A stretch of DNA of 63,721 bases, counting the filler, from Candidatus Omnitrophota bacterium (GTDB lineage Bacteria; Omnitrophota; Gorgyraeia; JAGLLT01), in the NCBI GenBank assembly GCA_023140385.1. It is 6 parts of 6 records of this genome, joined end to end, with 100 filler letters (N's around TTAATTAATTAA, not from the genome) between each part and the next. Parts side by side here need not be neighbours in the genome. Positions count along the whole stretch, not along the records: positions 1 to 21,424 come from JAGLLT010000048.1; 5 more parts are not named here. One strand, given 5' to 3'. A program made the translations under genes and the position numbers. Under the pieces are notes generated by a model. That model had not been told where the DNA came from. It saw nothing but the letters and a program-made list of their open reading frames with translations, and searched no databases. Shown here one piece after another: positions 12,039 through 21,298 of the stretch (the first letter of the stretch is position 1; every line of letters starts with the position of its first letter).

Positions 12039-13729
12039 TAAATTATATTTTTGTTACTTTTTAAATCCCGGATAATTACCGCTATTATAGCAAAGAGGAT
12101 GAAAAACATAAACCAGGCAGGCAAAAACGCTTTTTTTATCGTTTCTTTGGCGGATGAGCGGGGATTTTTGAATATATAGAGAATATCTGTTTCTCCAACC
12201 GGCTCGAGGCCGTGTTTTTTTATGAGAAGGGTTAGTTTTTCGTCAGGCTTGTTGTCCGGGCGTTTAAACCAGACGATGATTTTGGAGTTACCGAGAGCAT
12301 CAAACTCTTCAAGCGGCCCTATTTCAGAAAGCATCGCGGTTGAGGTGGCATGCCCGCTGTAAACCGAGACCACACCCGCTATATAGGGCTGATTGGAGTA
12401 GATTATATCTCCTTCAGCAAAGTTTTCCCTAATAATATCACTCGCTTTTTTCCATGATTTGGGGAAATGAATGGATGTTTCGTTGGGCCTGATTATTCGC
12501 CTCCGCCAAAATACTCCGTGGCTTGCCATGGGGATGAATGGAGGCGAACCCGTCGAAGCTTTAGCGTAGGCGGGTTCTTGGCTATGGCGAATTCCGCTTG
12601 ATACCCTGCAGCTTGTCGCAGGGAGCTTCATTCTTTTATGTGCTTTAAGAAAATTGGCGTAGGTAGAGTTAACTCCTAAGAAGCCGGTTTGCCTCTGAAA
12701 ATGATAGATGGTGGGGGAGAAGATGAGAAACAGGAAAAGGGTTGCCGTAAAATAGGTATAGAGAGCCCCTTTGCCTGCCGGGTTTTTTGCCGCCTTCTGA
12801 GCGGCTTTCTGATAGAAGGTGTCGAGAGTCAGGGCGGATAATAGTATGAGCCCGATCATTCCCTGGCCGCAGATATACCGGTATTTATAGTAGCCCAAAA
12901 AAGGCACCATGGCTATGAGCAGGGCAATAAAGAAGCAGTAGCTTCCTTTTTTTCGCAGAGAAAAAAATATGCCGGCCGCCGCCGTTAAATATATAAGGAT
13001 GTTTATTTCCAGATATAGGTTTTCGCGAATACCCCTCAGGTCGACGTACTCCAGCGCCCTGAACTGATGAACGAAAAGCGGTAAGGTCAAAAGAAGGGCT
13101 GAGACGAGGCTAATAAGGCAGATTTTGAACTTTGTCCTGTTTAAGAACCCGTAAATGAATAGCGCCAGGCATATAAACCAGGATACGCCGGCTTGAGAGT
13201 AGAGGGAGAGACAGAGGAGCAGGGAGGCGCTGACGGCCTTGTTTTTCTCTATAGCCAGCAGGGCGGCCAGGCCGAATATGAGCGCCAGTGAAGCGGGAAT
13301 AAGGGTGCTGACTGATAAATAAAAGGCGTAAGTGGAAATTGCCGCCAGCACACTGAAAAAGGCCAACCTTTCGTAAAATACCTTTTTTATCACGTACCAT
13401 ATAGTAAACAGTAAAATGGGAAAAATAGTAAATTCAATTAATCTGGCTATAAGCAGAAGGGGCAGTTTAAGCTTGTAGAAGAGGAGAATTACAGTATGGA
13501 TAAAAGGAGGGTAAACGTGCAGGCGGCCTATGGGGGCGAACTCCCAGAAAGATTGAACGGCATATCCTCCAGCCTTATTAAAGCCTTCAGCTACTGACAA
13601 ATGGTAGTAAATATCAATGAAGCTCGGAAAGGAGCCCCATCTTTTCAGGTTGAGGACGACAGAAAGCAAAATCAGTAAAAAAGAGTATAATTTCCACCGG
13701 TTATTATTCGTTTTTTCATTTAGCATCAT
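12029..13729 (-). CDS. Multi-pass membrane protein (possible GT-C fold) with a 45-aa repeat-derived insertion
   Basis: DIYYH and HVYPPF early-loop motifs, many hydrophobic helices; insert MKLPATS...FWRRR. Confidence 0.7.
12497..12631 (+). mobile_element. 135-bp non-autonomous palindromic element (IS200/IS605-end-like, PATE-like) in frame in a CDS
   Basis: Follows TTAT and ends TTCAT. Two similar subterminal hairpins plus an internal REP-like hairpin. About 70 bp is near-identical to 54590-54660. Confidence 0.75.
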
Positions 13730-13780
13730 ATTGTTCCTATTATAGCATTATTTCCCACAGGTGATAAAATTTTTTTTCGA

Positions 13781-13809
13781 TTGACAGGGTGGGGACGTTG
13801 TGCTAAGAT
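13781..13809 (+). promoter_or_regulatory. sigma70-like promoter of the GT4 gene
   Basis: TTGACA-17 bp-TAAGAT with extended -10 TG. Confidence 0.65.
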
Positions 13810-13868
13810 AACAAATCTGACTTGTTTTTGCAATACGGCAAATCTGGTAAAGGATATTAATAAGCGAA

Positions 13869-15008
13869 ATGAAAATTTTAGTTACATCTCATACAGGAAT
13901 AGGCGGCATAGCCCGGACAACCAAGCAGATGCGGGAGCAGATTCTTTCTAATCACAAGAATGATGAGCTGGTTGTTATTAATGAGAATAGAGAGGACAAG
14001 AGTGAGTTTCGAAGACGCTATCGTAACACCTCTGTCTATTCAGTACCGACGCCCAAGGGGCTGCATAATTTTACCTCCTTTACTAAGTTCAAACGCCACT
14101 ACAAGCCGGTAGTTGATAAAATGGCGGAGATTATTAAGGCGGAGTCACCAGACATCATCCTTATCATTGGAACCTTTTACTTTCCCTGGTTTTTATTAAG
14201 TGCCGCCAGAAAGGCAAAGGCACCCTTTATAATCCGTTATGGCGGAATTATAGAGATGGAAGAGACCAAGAAAATATGGCTGAGAATGGGAAGGGACTTT
14301 GTTAATCCGAAATACAGCTACGTTTTTCCGTCTACTCACAGCAAGGAGACGGTAGAGGGAATTCATCAGGTTAAACTTCCGCATTCCTGGGTAATCCATA
14401 ACGGCCTGCCGGACGAGTTTTTTATCAAAAAGAAGAAGATAACTAAAAAAGGCAAGTTTAAGATAGGCTATGTCGGCCGGCATTACGGAGTAAAAAATCC
14501 GGAGTTCTGTCTGGCCTTAGCCGACAAACTGCGCCTTAGCAATAATAGTGAAATTGAAATGGTCTCAAACTATACAGGTACTTGCTCAAAAGACGGCAAA
14601 AAAGCCTCCAGGGCGGTTAAGAGATTTCTGAAGGCCGGGATAAAGCTAACCCCCTCTATGTCAACTAACAAACTGGCAAAGTTTTATCAAAGCAAGGATC
14701 TGATAATCAGCCCTTCTCATTTTGAAACTTACGGTTATGTTCCGCTGGAAGCTATAGCTACAGGCACACCGGCGTTGATTAATAAAACACTGGGAATAAG
14801 AGAAGTTTTTACCAAACTTGGCCTCGATGAGTATATAGTGGATTTTAAAGATGTTGATAACATTGTTGAAAAGATTGATTATATCCGCCAAAAACAGGTC
14901 ATTATTAACGGCGATGTAAGCAGGAAGCTAAAAAAGAATTATTCCTTTTCCAGTACTATGCTGCAGTTTTTCGATACCTTCAAACAGGTACTCAATAAAT
15001 CCAATTAA
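13869..15008 (+). CDS. Glycosyltransferase family 4 (GT-B)
   Basis: GGI N-terminal motif, IHNG, YVGR...KN and PSHFETYGYVPLEA (Ex7E). Confidence 0.85.
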   Translation: MKILVTSHTGIGGIARTTKQMREQILSNHKNDELVVINENREDKSEFRRRYRNTSVYSVPTPKGLHNFTSFTKFKRHYKPVVDKMAEIIKAESPDIILIIGTFYFPWFLLSAARKAKAPFIIRYGGIIEMEETKKIWLRMGRDFVNPKYSYVFPSTHSKETVEGIHQVKLPHSWVIHNGLPDEFFIKKKKITKKGKFKIGYVGRHYGVKNPEFCLALADKLRLSNNSEIEMVSNYTGTCSKDGKKASRAVKRFLKAGIKLTPSMSTNKLAKFYQSKDLIISPSHFETYGYVPLEAIATGTPALINKTLGIREVFTKLGLDEYIVDFKDVDNIVEKIDYIRQKQVIINGDVSRKLKKNYSFSSTMLQFFDTFKQVLNKSN

Positions 15009-15025
15009 CCTTTAATCTGCCCCTA

Positions 15026-15066
15026 CGGCAACTTCAGGAAGTATAATTTCTTTAGATGAATTGCCG
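15026..15066. terminator. Hairpin after the GT4 gene (possible terminator)
   Basis: CGGCAA(C)TTCA...TGAATTGCCG stem; no clean U-tract. Confidence 0.3.
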
Positions 15067-15160
15067 AAATCCACAGCTTTTTCCTTGTAATTTGACCTTT
15101 TTTAAAGGTATACTTATATAGTAGGGTGTGTTTTTAAAATAATATGGACTGTATAAAATT

Positions 15161-16429
15161 ATGAAAAAGGCTATAAATTATATTATAGTAATTACGGTTT
15201 TTTTATTATGTTTTGCCTGCTTTGGCGAGTCTAAGCTGAGCATGCGTACCTGGTCTTCTCAGAGCGGCAAGGAAATTGAAGCTGTTTTTGTCAGGTGGCA
15301 GGGTACCTCTATTATACTTAAAAAGGGGGACGGGAAAATAGTAAAAGTACCTTTTGCCAACTTTTGCCAGAAGGACAGAGACTACATTGTTAAAAACCAC
15401 AAAAAGAAGATTGACAAAAAAGAAGAGGCCGCTTTATTATGCCGGCCCGGAGAGACAAGCGAAGAGATAAAGTGCCTGTATAAGCCCGCCTGGAGTTACT
15501 TCTTATATTACCCTAAATCCTTTAAGCCTGAAGATAAGTGGCCGGTTATTTATATTATGAGCCCTAATGGCGGAGATGAAAGTACGCTGAAGCGATATAT
15601 AGAAGGGGCCGAGCAAAACAACTGGATTTTGGCCGTTTCAGTTCAGTCCCGCAATGGTTTCAGTTGGTATTTAGAAGCCGTTTATGCCATGATGAATGAC
15701 GTAAACATGCGTATCCCTATTGACAGGAAGAGGATGTACGTCTCCGGCTTTTCCGGAGGAGCCAGGGCGGCCTTTAAGGCGGCTGTGGATAAAAGAAGCT
15801 TTGCCGGCGTTTTAGCCTGTGGGGCGGGGGGTGAATCTCAAAACCTGCCTGAACGTACGGTAGTTTATGAATTGAGCGGAACCAACTGTTTTAACCGCAT
15901 GGATATGGTTCGCACTTATAAAAGAGGAAAAAACGAGTATTCGCGCCTGCGGTTTTTTATAGGACAACATAATTGGGCAGGCCGGTCTCATTTGGCAGAT
16001 GCTATGCTCTATCTTGATGGATGTTATTTTTTGGAAGTAGGCGGCGATAGCTTTCGTATCCAAAGGTTGAAAAGGGCTTATGTCGGCAGAGTTTTTAATG
16101 AGATTGAAAAGGACAAGAAGGCGAATCCTGAGAGAGCCTATGAGTGGGCAGTGTTTTTATCAAAGTTTCCGATGTCTCCCAAGAGGAAGGAAGCGGTAAA
16201 AGGATGTCTAAAGGAGCTTCTTGAAATTCCCAGGGTGAAGCTGTATAAAGAAGGCCTTAGAGATATGAGAAAGTTTATAACCAAATACTATATTGTCAGA
16301 CCGGAGGAGTATAGGAAAAGAGATGGCAGTGATCGGATTAAGAAGATAACCGCCAAATTACACGAGAAGTACAAGACAACCAGCCTGGGTGAGATATTTA
16401 GATTGCTGGGCGAGCCGGTCCCGTTATAA
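15161..16429 (+). CDS. Secreted SHD1-like domain plus alpha/beta-hydrolase (esterase-like) protein
   Basis: Signal peptide, RTWSSQSGKEIEA...DRDYI (SHD1-like), GFSGG nucleophile elbow, GQHNW His candidate. Confidence 0.65.
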   Translation: MKKAINYIIVITVFLLCFACFGESKLSMRTWSSQSGKEIEAVFVRWQGTSIILKKGDGKIVKVPFANFCQKDRDYIVKNHKKKIDKKEEAALLCRPGETSEEIKCLYKPAWSYFLYYPKSFKPEDKWPVIYIMSPNGGDESTLKRYIEGAEQNNWILAVSVQSRNGFSWYLEAVYAMMNDVNMRIPIDRKRMYVSGFSGGARAAFKAAVDKRSFAGVLACGAGGESQNLPERTVVYELSGTNCFNRMDMVRTYKRGKNEYSRLRFFIGQHNWAGRSHLADAMLYLDGCYFLEVGGDSFRIQRLKRAYVGRVFNEIEKDKKANPERAYEWAVFLSKFPMSPKRKEAVKGCLKELLEIPRVKLYKEGLRDMRKFITKYYIVRPEEYRKRDGSDRIKKITAKLHEKYKTTSLGEIFRLLGEPVPL

Positions 16430-16479
16430 ATCCGCGGCGCGTCCCGGTTAAAGTAAGATAACAACCAGTACAAAGAATA

Positions 16480-17466
16480 TTATTTTTGTGAAATTGATGA
16501 GAGTTTTTGGTGCAGGTATATTGTCAGGTAGCCTATAGCTATAAGAAACATGCCTACTATAATTAAACTTACCGACCAGCCAACACTGTCTTTAAAATAT
16601 TCGAAAGTTATTTTACAGATATAGGCGAAAAGGTAAATAGCTGAAAAGGTTAAGAAGACGCGGGTTCTAAGGTATATCCCTAAAAAAATCAAACCGAAAA
16701 TAAGGCCGGGATATATAATTTCCCAGAAAAGGTTTTGGTTGGGCTCGTAGCCTCCTAAAGCAAAGGCAGCCGATAAGAGCCCTAATGTTCCCGCGGAATA
16801 GAGCAATCTGGAATAAACAGCTTTATTTTTAATAGAAAAGAAAAATCCCAATAAGAGATAGCTGATACCTACAAAAAGTATTCGGTAATAATTAAATGTG
16901 GAACCGCTAAAGTAGGGATTAATTCTTACCAGATAACCACTTAAGGCAAAGAAGAACCATGTCCCATAAATAATATTAAAAATAGTAAAAAGGTGTTTTT
17001 TGAAAACGATGAATGAAAGCACATAGCAAACAAGGAGAGTGCCGGAAATAAGGGTTTGGACTTGATAGGTTCCAATATCAAAACCGGCTATATCAAAAAC
17101 TACATGCAGGCCAACCGGCATCAGAAGCATTGAAATAAAATAAAAAGACTGTCCGATAAGGTCTATTTTTTTATAGTGGATTAAAATTACCCCGGTTATA
17201 TAGCAGGCCAAAGCTGTACCCAGAGTTAATAATACTTTTGATATATTGTTTAACTCATCCCATTGCTGACAAGCAAAGACCCAGATACCGATAAATATAA
17301 TTGCCGCTCCAATAAAATAAAGCGTTTTTGATATATCCCAGGTTGCGGCATCGGATTTTTTGGTTACCCTGCCGTCATTATATGCCTTTTGAAGTTCAGC
17401 CCTTGTTATAAGATTAGCTGACGCGGCTTCTTTGATAGATTCAAGTAATTGATTTCTATCTATCAT
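16480..17466 (-). CDS. DUF2157-like membrane protein
   Basis: LYFIGAAIIFIG...QQWDEL...K pattern and about 9 TM helices. ATG overlaps the upstream stop (TAATG). Confidence 0.7.
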   Translation of the reverse strand: MIDRNQLLESIKEAASANLITRAELQKAYNDGRVTKKSDAATWDISKTLYFIGAAIIFIGIWVFACQQWDELNNISKVLLTLGTALACYITGVILIHYKKIDLIGQSFYFISMLLMPVGLHVVFDIAGFDIGTYQVQTLISGTLLVCYVLSFIVFKKHLFTIFNIIYGTWFFFALSGYLVRINPYFSGSTFNYYRILFVGISYLLLGFFFSIKNKAVYSRLLYSAGTLGLLSAAFALGGYEPNQNLFWEIIYPGLIFGLIFLGIYLRTRVFLTFSAIYLFAYICKITFEYFKDSVGWSVSLIIVGMFLIAIGYLTIYLHQKLSSISQK

Positions 17467-17978
17467 TAATCCATAATCCACCCTATAAAGTTAAAGTTAC
17501 GCCAGTAATAGTTCTGGTTTTTTTCAATATTTAATTTTTTACTTATGTGGTGTCCTTTTAGATAAACGGTTCCATGATTACGGCAACCCACAAAGAAAGG
17601 GTCGCAATCATAAGAACCGTAAGTTATTTCAAAACCATCAGGTGAAGTTTTGCTTGAATCTAATTTATATTTTTGCGCTTGCTCTAAGGGTATTTCTTTT
17701 GGTTGGTTATTTTTAATATCGTAGATGAATAGCTTAGGAGAGGATAAATTGCCTTCATAACCTTTGTAAGGCGGAGGTGATTCTTCCCGGACAATTTTGC
17801 CCTTATCTACATAGTAGTGATGCGAAGCGTAATTTTGATGCCAACTGGCATAAATGAAGTTGTGTATCGGCTCGGGGGCAAATAAAGTAGGCAGATATAT
17901 ACTAATAGCTACAATAATGATCATTAATACGGGTATGCAAAGGCCAATAACAAGAGGAATGTTTTCTTTTTTCATCAT
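17466..17978 (-). CDS. Hypothetical protein with N-terminal membrane anchor
   Basis: 170-aa ORF, one TM, ends FIGWIMD; translationally coupled to the next gene. Confidence 0.7.
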   Translation of the reverse strand: MMKKENIPLVIGLCIPVLMIIIVAISIYLPTLFAPEPIHNFIYASWHQNYASHHYYVDKGKIVREESPPPYKGYEGNLSSPKLFIYDIKNNQPKEIPLEQAQKYKLDSSKTSPDGFEITYGSYDCDPFFVGCRNHGTVYLKGHHISKKLNIEKNQNYYWRNFNFIGWIMD

Positions 17979-18028
17979 AAGGTAAGTTTACCTTATAATA
18001 TACAATTGTGTCAAGAGTAACTTGTTTT

Positions 18029-18115
<87 letters not shown>

Positions 18116-18127
18116 TGTATCAAAGAG

Positions 18128-18156
18128 ATTATACTAAAAAAGGGCGGCCTTGTCAA
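18128..18156 (-). promoter_or_regulatory. Consensus sigma70 promoter for tRNA-Leu
   Basis: TTGACA-17 bp-TATAAT on the minus strand. Confidence 0.85.
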
Positions 18157-18211
18157 TCCCCGACACATAATGGCCTGTACTTTTATATCGATTTATGTTA
18201 TATTCAAGTAA

Positions 18212-18664
18212 ATGACGAAAAGAATTGTAAGTAATCCCGCCGCCAGGCGTGATTACGAAGTTTTAGAGGTTTATGAAGCGGGTATTGAGCTCAAGGGGGC
18301 GGAAGTTAAGTCTCTGAGGAATCACCGGGCAAATCTAAAAGGAAGCTTTGCTAGGCTGAAAGGCGATGAGGTTTTTATATCCGGTTTTCAGATAACTCCG
18401 TATGATAAAAGCGGAAATTATCTGCCGGATCCCAAAAGAGAAAGAAAGCTCCTGCTTCATAAAAAAGAGATACTAAAGCTTGTTAGTAAAACCTCTGAAA
18501 GAGGCTTTACGCTGATACCTTTGAGCCTTTATTTTAAGAGAGGCATGGCTAAGGTGGAGCTGGCTCTTTGCAAAGGTAAGAGGATGTATGATAAACGAGA
18601 GTCCTTAAAGCGCAAAACCCATGAAATAGAGATGAAAAGGGCTTTAAGGCACAAAGACCGCTAA
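18212..18664 (+). CDS. smpB: SsrA-binding protein
   Basis: EAGIELKGAEVKSLR, RKLLLHKKEI and GKRMYDKR motifs; adjacent to tmRNA. Confidence 0.97.
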   Translation: MTKRIVSNPAARRDYEVLEVYEAGIELKGAEVKSLRNHRANLKGSFARLKGDEVFISGFQITPYDKSGNYLPDPKRERKLLLHKKEILKLVSKTSERGFTLIPLSLYFKRGMAKVELALCKGKRMYDKRESLKRKTHEIEMKRALRHKDR

Positions 18665-18669
18665 AAAAA

Positions 18670-19031
18670 GGGGGCGACTTGGCTTCGACTTATTTAGCTG
18701 ATTAGGAGTTGCGTACCGAGGTTCTCAGGAGGCCTCGTAAAACACCTGAGACAAAAGTAACTGCGGAAACGCAAGTTGCCAACGTTCTCGCTGCCTAAAA
18801 GGTTCAGCGAGGTTTATTTAATTTCTGCCTGCGGAATTAAGTAAACTCAAGTAGCAGGATAGCCCGGCATCTATAGCTTTTTAGATGTCAGGTGAAGCTC
18901 TTAAAAGCTAGCTCTTTTAGATCCTGCCTGTTTGGAGCTAAAAGAGTGAAATTTAAAGAAGCAGGCTATGTACGTAGATACTCTTATTGACCTATTTAAG
19001 GACCGGGGTTCGATTCCCCGCGCCTCCACCA
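18670..19031 (+). ncRNA. ssrA: tmRNA; tag reading frame 18763-18798 AETQVANVLAA*
   Basis: 5' GGGGGCG pairs with 3' CGCCTCC-ACCA including G3:U. T-arm CGGGG-TTCGATT-CCCCG. Resume codon after GTAACT; tag ends LAA. Confidence 0.95.
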
Positions 19032-20699
19032 ACGCGACCAATTCGAACCTTTGTCTTTATCATCTAATAAGGCAAGGGTTTGAACTTTTGTATGGGCTAT
19101 GTAATATGGTTTAAAATCCTTTCTGTTGTTTATAATGCAATCAATATCCTCATTTCTATCACTTACAGGTTCAAGCTGTATGGTTCCAAGTATCTCTTTT
19201 AAGGCTAAAGCGGACGAAATGGTATTTTTATCCAATGTTTCGTGTAAATTTTCCAATCTATGTTTTATCCATTCTTTAGGTGGAGATTTAAAGTTATTTT
19301 GCTTCTGAAATTCTAATGATTCTATTTCCGCTTTCAAATTTTCAGTCTTTGTTTCAGCTTCCTTTAATGCCCCGGATACAGCTTTTGAGAAATTACCCAT
19401 TTTAATATAGTTAAGATAATTTTGCAGTTCTATTGACGCCTTATCATATTGAGATTTCTTTTTCTTAACAAGTTCAGGCACTTCATTCATGCCTGAAGCA
19501 ACTAATTTCTCCACCTTTTGATATACGTAGCTTAAATTTTCCAAAGTCAATATTTTCTCTTTTAATTTTGAAATTATAATCTTTTCTACGCGTTTTCTTG
19601 GTACTAATAGATTATTATTACAAGTCTTTCTCTTGGAGTTAGCGCAGCCGTAATATCCGCAACCCTTACCGCTTATTAAGATAATAGCGCCGCCGCAAGA
19701 CTGACATCTCATAAGCCCTGAAAGAAGGTAAGTAGGGCAGCTATGAACGTAGCTTCTTTGTTTTAAAGTGGAGTTTTTTGATTTTTTTCTAACGGGCCAC
19801 GTACCTTTAATTTCAATCCATCTCTTTTTAGCCTTTCCCCAATCTTCCTTATTAATAATGATAAGTTCTTCTTTGAAAGAGCAGAGCCACTCATTTTCAG
19901 GACGTAAAATTCTTTTTGTTCTTCCGGTCATTGGGTCTTTAACATTCTTGTGTTTCTTCCAGACCCACCGGCCTACATATTTCTCATTTTTTAATATTCG
20001 GCTTATACTTGAAAGGTTCCATCCGCCTGAAAGACCTTTTTTAGTCGGAATTTTATCCTCATTAAGTCTTTGGGCTATTTTATTTAAACTCTTTCCCTCA
20101 ACAAATTCTTTATACATCCTTTTGACAACATCCGCTTCTTCGGGATAAATCTTATGCATCATGCCGTCATATTTTGGCTGGCCTTTTTTGTTGAGTTTTA
20201 TTTCCCCAACCGGATGGGTAGAGTAGCCATATACCTTTTCTCCTGCGCTAAATCCTCTTATTTTTTGTCCTTCTAAGCCGCGCATTGTCTTTTTCTTAAG
20301 GTCATCAAGATATAACTCATTCATAAGACCGCGTATATGAATACCTAATTTAGAATTTTCATCATCTGTGATTATGCCGTCAGAGACAGAGACAATTTTA
20401 ATTTGAAGGTAGTCAAATTTAAGCACTAATGTTAACATCTGATGGTTACTTCGGGATAGTCTCGATAAATCGTCTACCATAACCGCCTCAAATTCCTTAT
20501 TTTCAGCGGCAATTTGCAAAGCTTGCAATGCGGGCCGGTTAATAATAGAGCCTGAAATTGCCTCATCTATATAGATATGCTTATCTTCAGTAGTCATACT
20601 ATTATTTTGAGCGTAATTTTTACAGACTCTTATTTGATCATCAATGCTCTTTTCACTTTGGTTCTCAGAAGAATATCTTGCGTATATAGCTACTTTCAT
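18996..20699 (-). CDS. Large serine recombinase (resolvase + recombinase + Zn-ribbon/coiled-coil)
   Basis: AIYARYSS catalytic Ser, DDLSRLSR, YGY, ILKNEKYVG, YLLSGLMRCQSCG...YYGC...C motifs. Confidence 0.93.
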   Translation of the reverse strand: MKVAIYARYSSENQSEKSIDDQIRVCKNYAQNNSMTTEDKHIYIDEAISGSIINRPALQALQIAAENKEFEAVMVDDLSRLSRSNHQMLTLVLKFDYLQIKIVSVSDGIITDDENSKLGIHIRGLMNELYLDDLKKKTMRGLEGQKIRGFSAGEKVYGYSTHPVGEIKLNKKGQPKYDGMMHKIYPEEADVVKRMYKEFVEGKSLNKIAQRLNEDKIPTKKGLSGGWNLSSISRILKNEKYVGRWVWKKHKNVKDPMTGRTKRILRPENEWLCSFKEELIIINKEDWGKAKKRWIEIKGTWPVRKKSKNSTLKQRSYVHSCPTYLLSGLMRCQSCGGAIILISGKGCGYYGCANSKRKTCNNNLLVPRKRVEKIIISKLKEKILTLENLSYVYQKVEKLVASGMNEVPELVKKKKSQYDKASIELQNYLNYIKMGNFSKAVSGALKEAETKTENLKAEIESLEFQKQNNFKSPPKEWIKHRLENLHETLDKNTISSALALKEILGTIQLEPVSDRNEDIDCIINNRKDFKPYYIAHTKVQTLALLDDKDKGSNWSRWWRRGESNPGP

Positions 20700-20893
20700 T
20701 TTAAGCCTCCATTATTTGAAAATGTTTCCGGGTTTTGTTTGGCTATACGAATATATTCATCGGCTATGGTGGAAGCTATAACATCCAATAGTTCTTGAAC
20801 GGACAGATTATCAGTCCAGCTTAAGTTTTTCTGTTGTTTGTCATTGCGAGGGAGCGAAACGACTGAAGTAATCTCACTCAGGTTAACTTCCAC
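20696..20893 (-). CDS. Small hypothetical protein coupled to the recombinase
   Basis: ATGA overlap with the recombinase start; GGAGG RBS within its 3' end; GTG start. Confidence 0.6.
   Translation of the reverse strand: MEVNLSEITSVVSLPRNDKQQKNLSWTDNLSVQELLDVIASTIADEYIRIAKQNPETFSNNGGLK
20840..20875 (+). repeat. GTCATTGCGAG...AATCTC REP-like unit
   Basis: GTCATTGCGAGGGAGCGAAACGACTGAAGTAATCTC resembles the widespread GTCATTGCGAG-GAGC-GAAGCAATC repeat class. Confidence 0.65.
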
Positions 20894-21002
20894 AAAAATT
20901 TTCCTTGCTTTTCAAAAAATTCGAGTTAAAATATCATTAAAGTAAAAGCAATTTAATCATAGCAATTTATTAATATAATAATAGCATTATATTGATAGTT
21001 TG

Positions 21003-21078
21003 TCAATAGAAATCTTCTAAATATTTAAGTGCACCTAAAAGATTTCTATTGATCCTGAAGCCGAAGGCTGAAGGATCT
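21003..21078. promoter_or_regulatory. 14-bp perfect inverted repeat plus REP-like hairpin upstream of the XRE gene
   Basis: TCAATAGAAATCTT (21003-21016) / AAGATTTCTATTGA (21039-21052), then GATCCTGAAGCCGAAGGCTGAAGGATCT. Confidence 0.55.
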
Positions 21079-21102
21079 TAAAAGCCAAAGTAAGGAGAAA
21101 TT

Positions 21103-21294
21103 ATGCTTTCAAAAAACATAAAACAACTAAGGAAAAAGTACAATTTATCTCAGGAACAACTCGCCCAAAAAGCAGGAATTACCTATAGCACGCTTATTAA
21201 AATAGAATCTGGATTAAATAAAAACCCAACACTTGATACTTTACGCAAAATTGCCGATGCCTTAAAGGTAGGCGTAGATAATTTAATCAAATAA
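21103..21294 (+). CDS. XRE-family HTH regulator
   Basis: IKQLRKKYNLSQEQLA...IESG..KNPTLDTLRKIADAL; AGGAG RBS. Confidence 0.92.
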   Translation: MLSKNIKQLRKKYNLSQEQLAQKAGITYSTLIKIESGLNKNPTLDTLRKIADALKVGVDNLIK

Positions 21295-21298
21295 AAGT

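Noticed and set aside
13834..15031. TACGGCAA direct repeat on both sides of the GT4 gene
   Set aside because: Only 8 bp and no other mobility signal; compatible with chance.
15024..15070. GGCAA...TTGCCGAA as a c-di-GMP-I riboswitch
   Set aside because: Too short and lacks the GAAA tetraloop and GACGCAAA core; only a simple hairpin.
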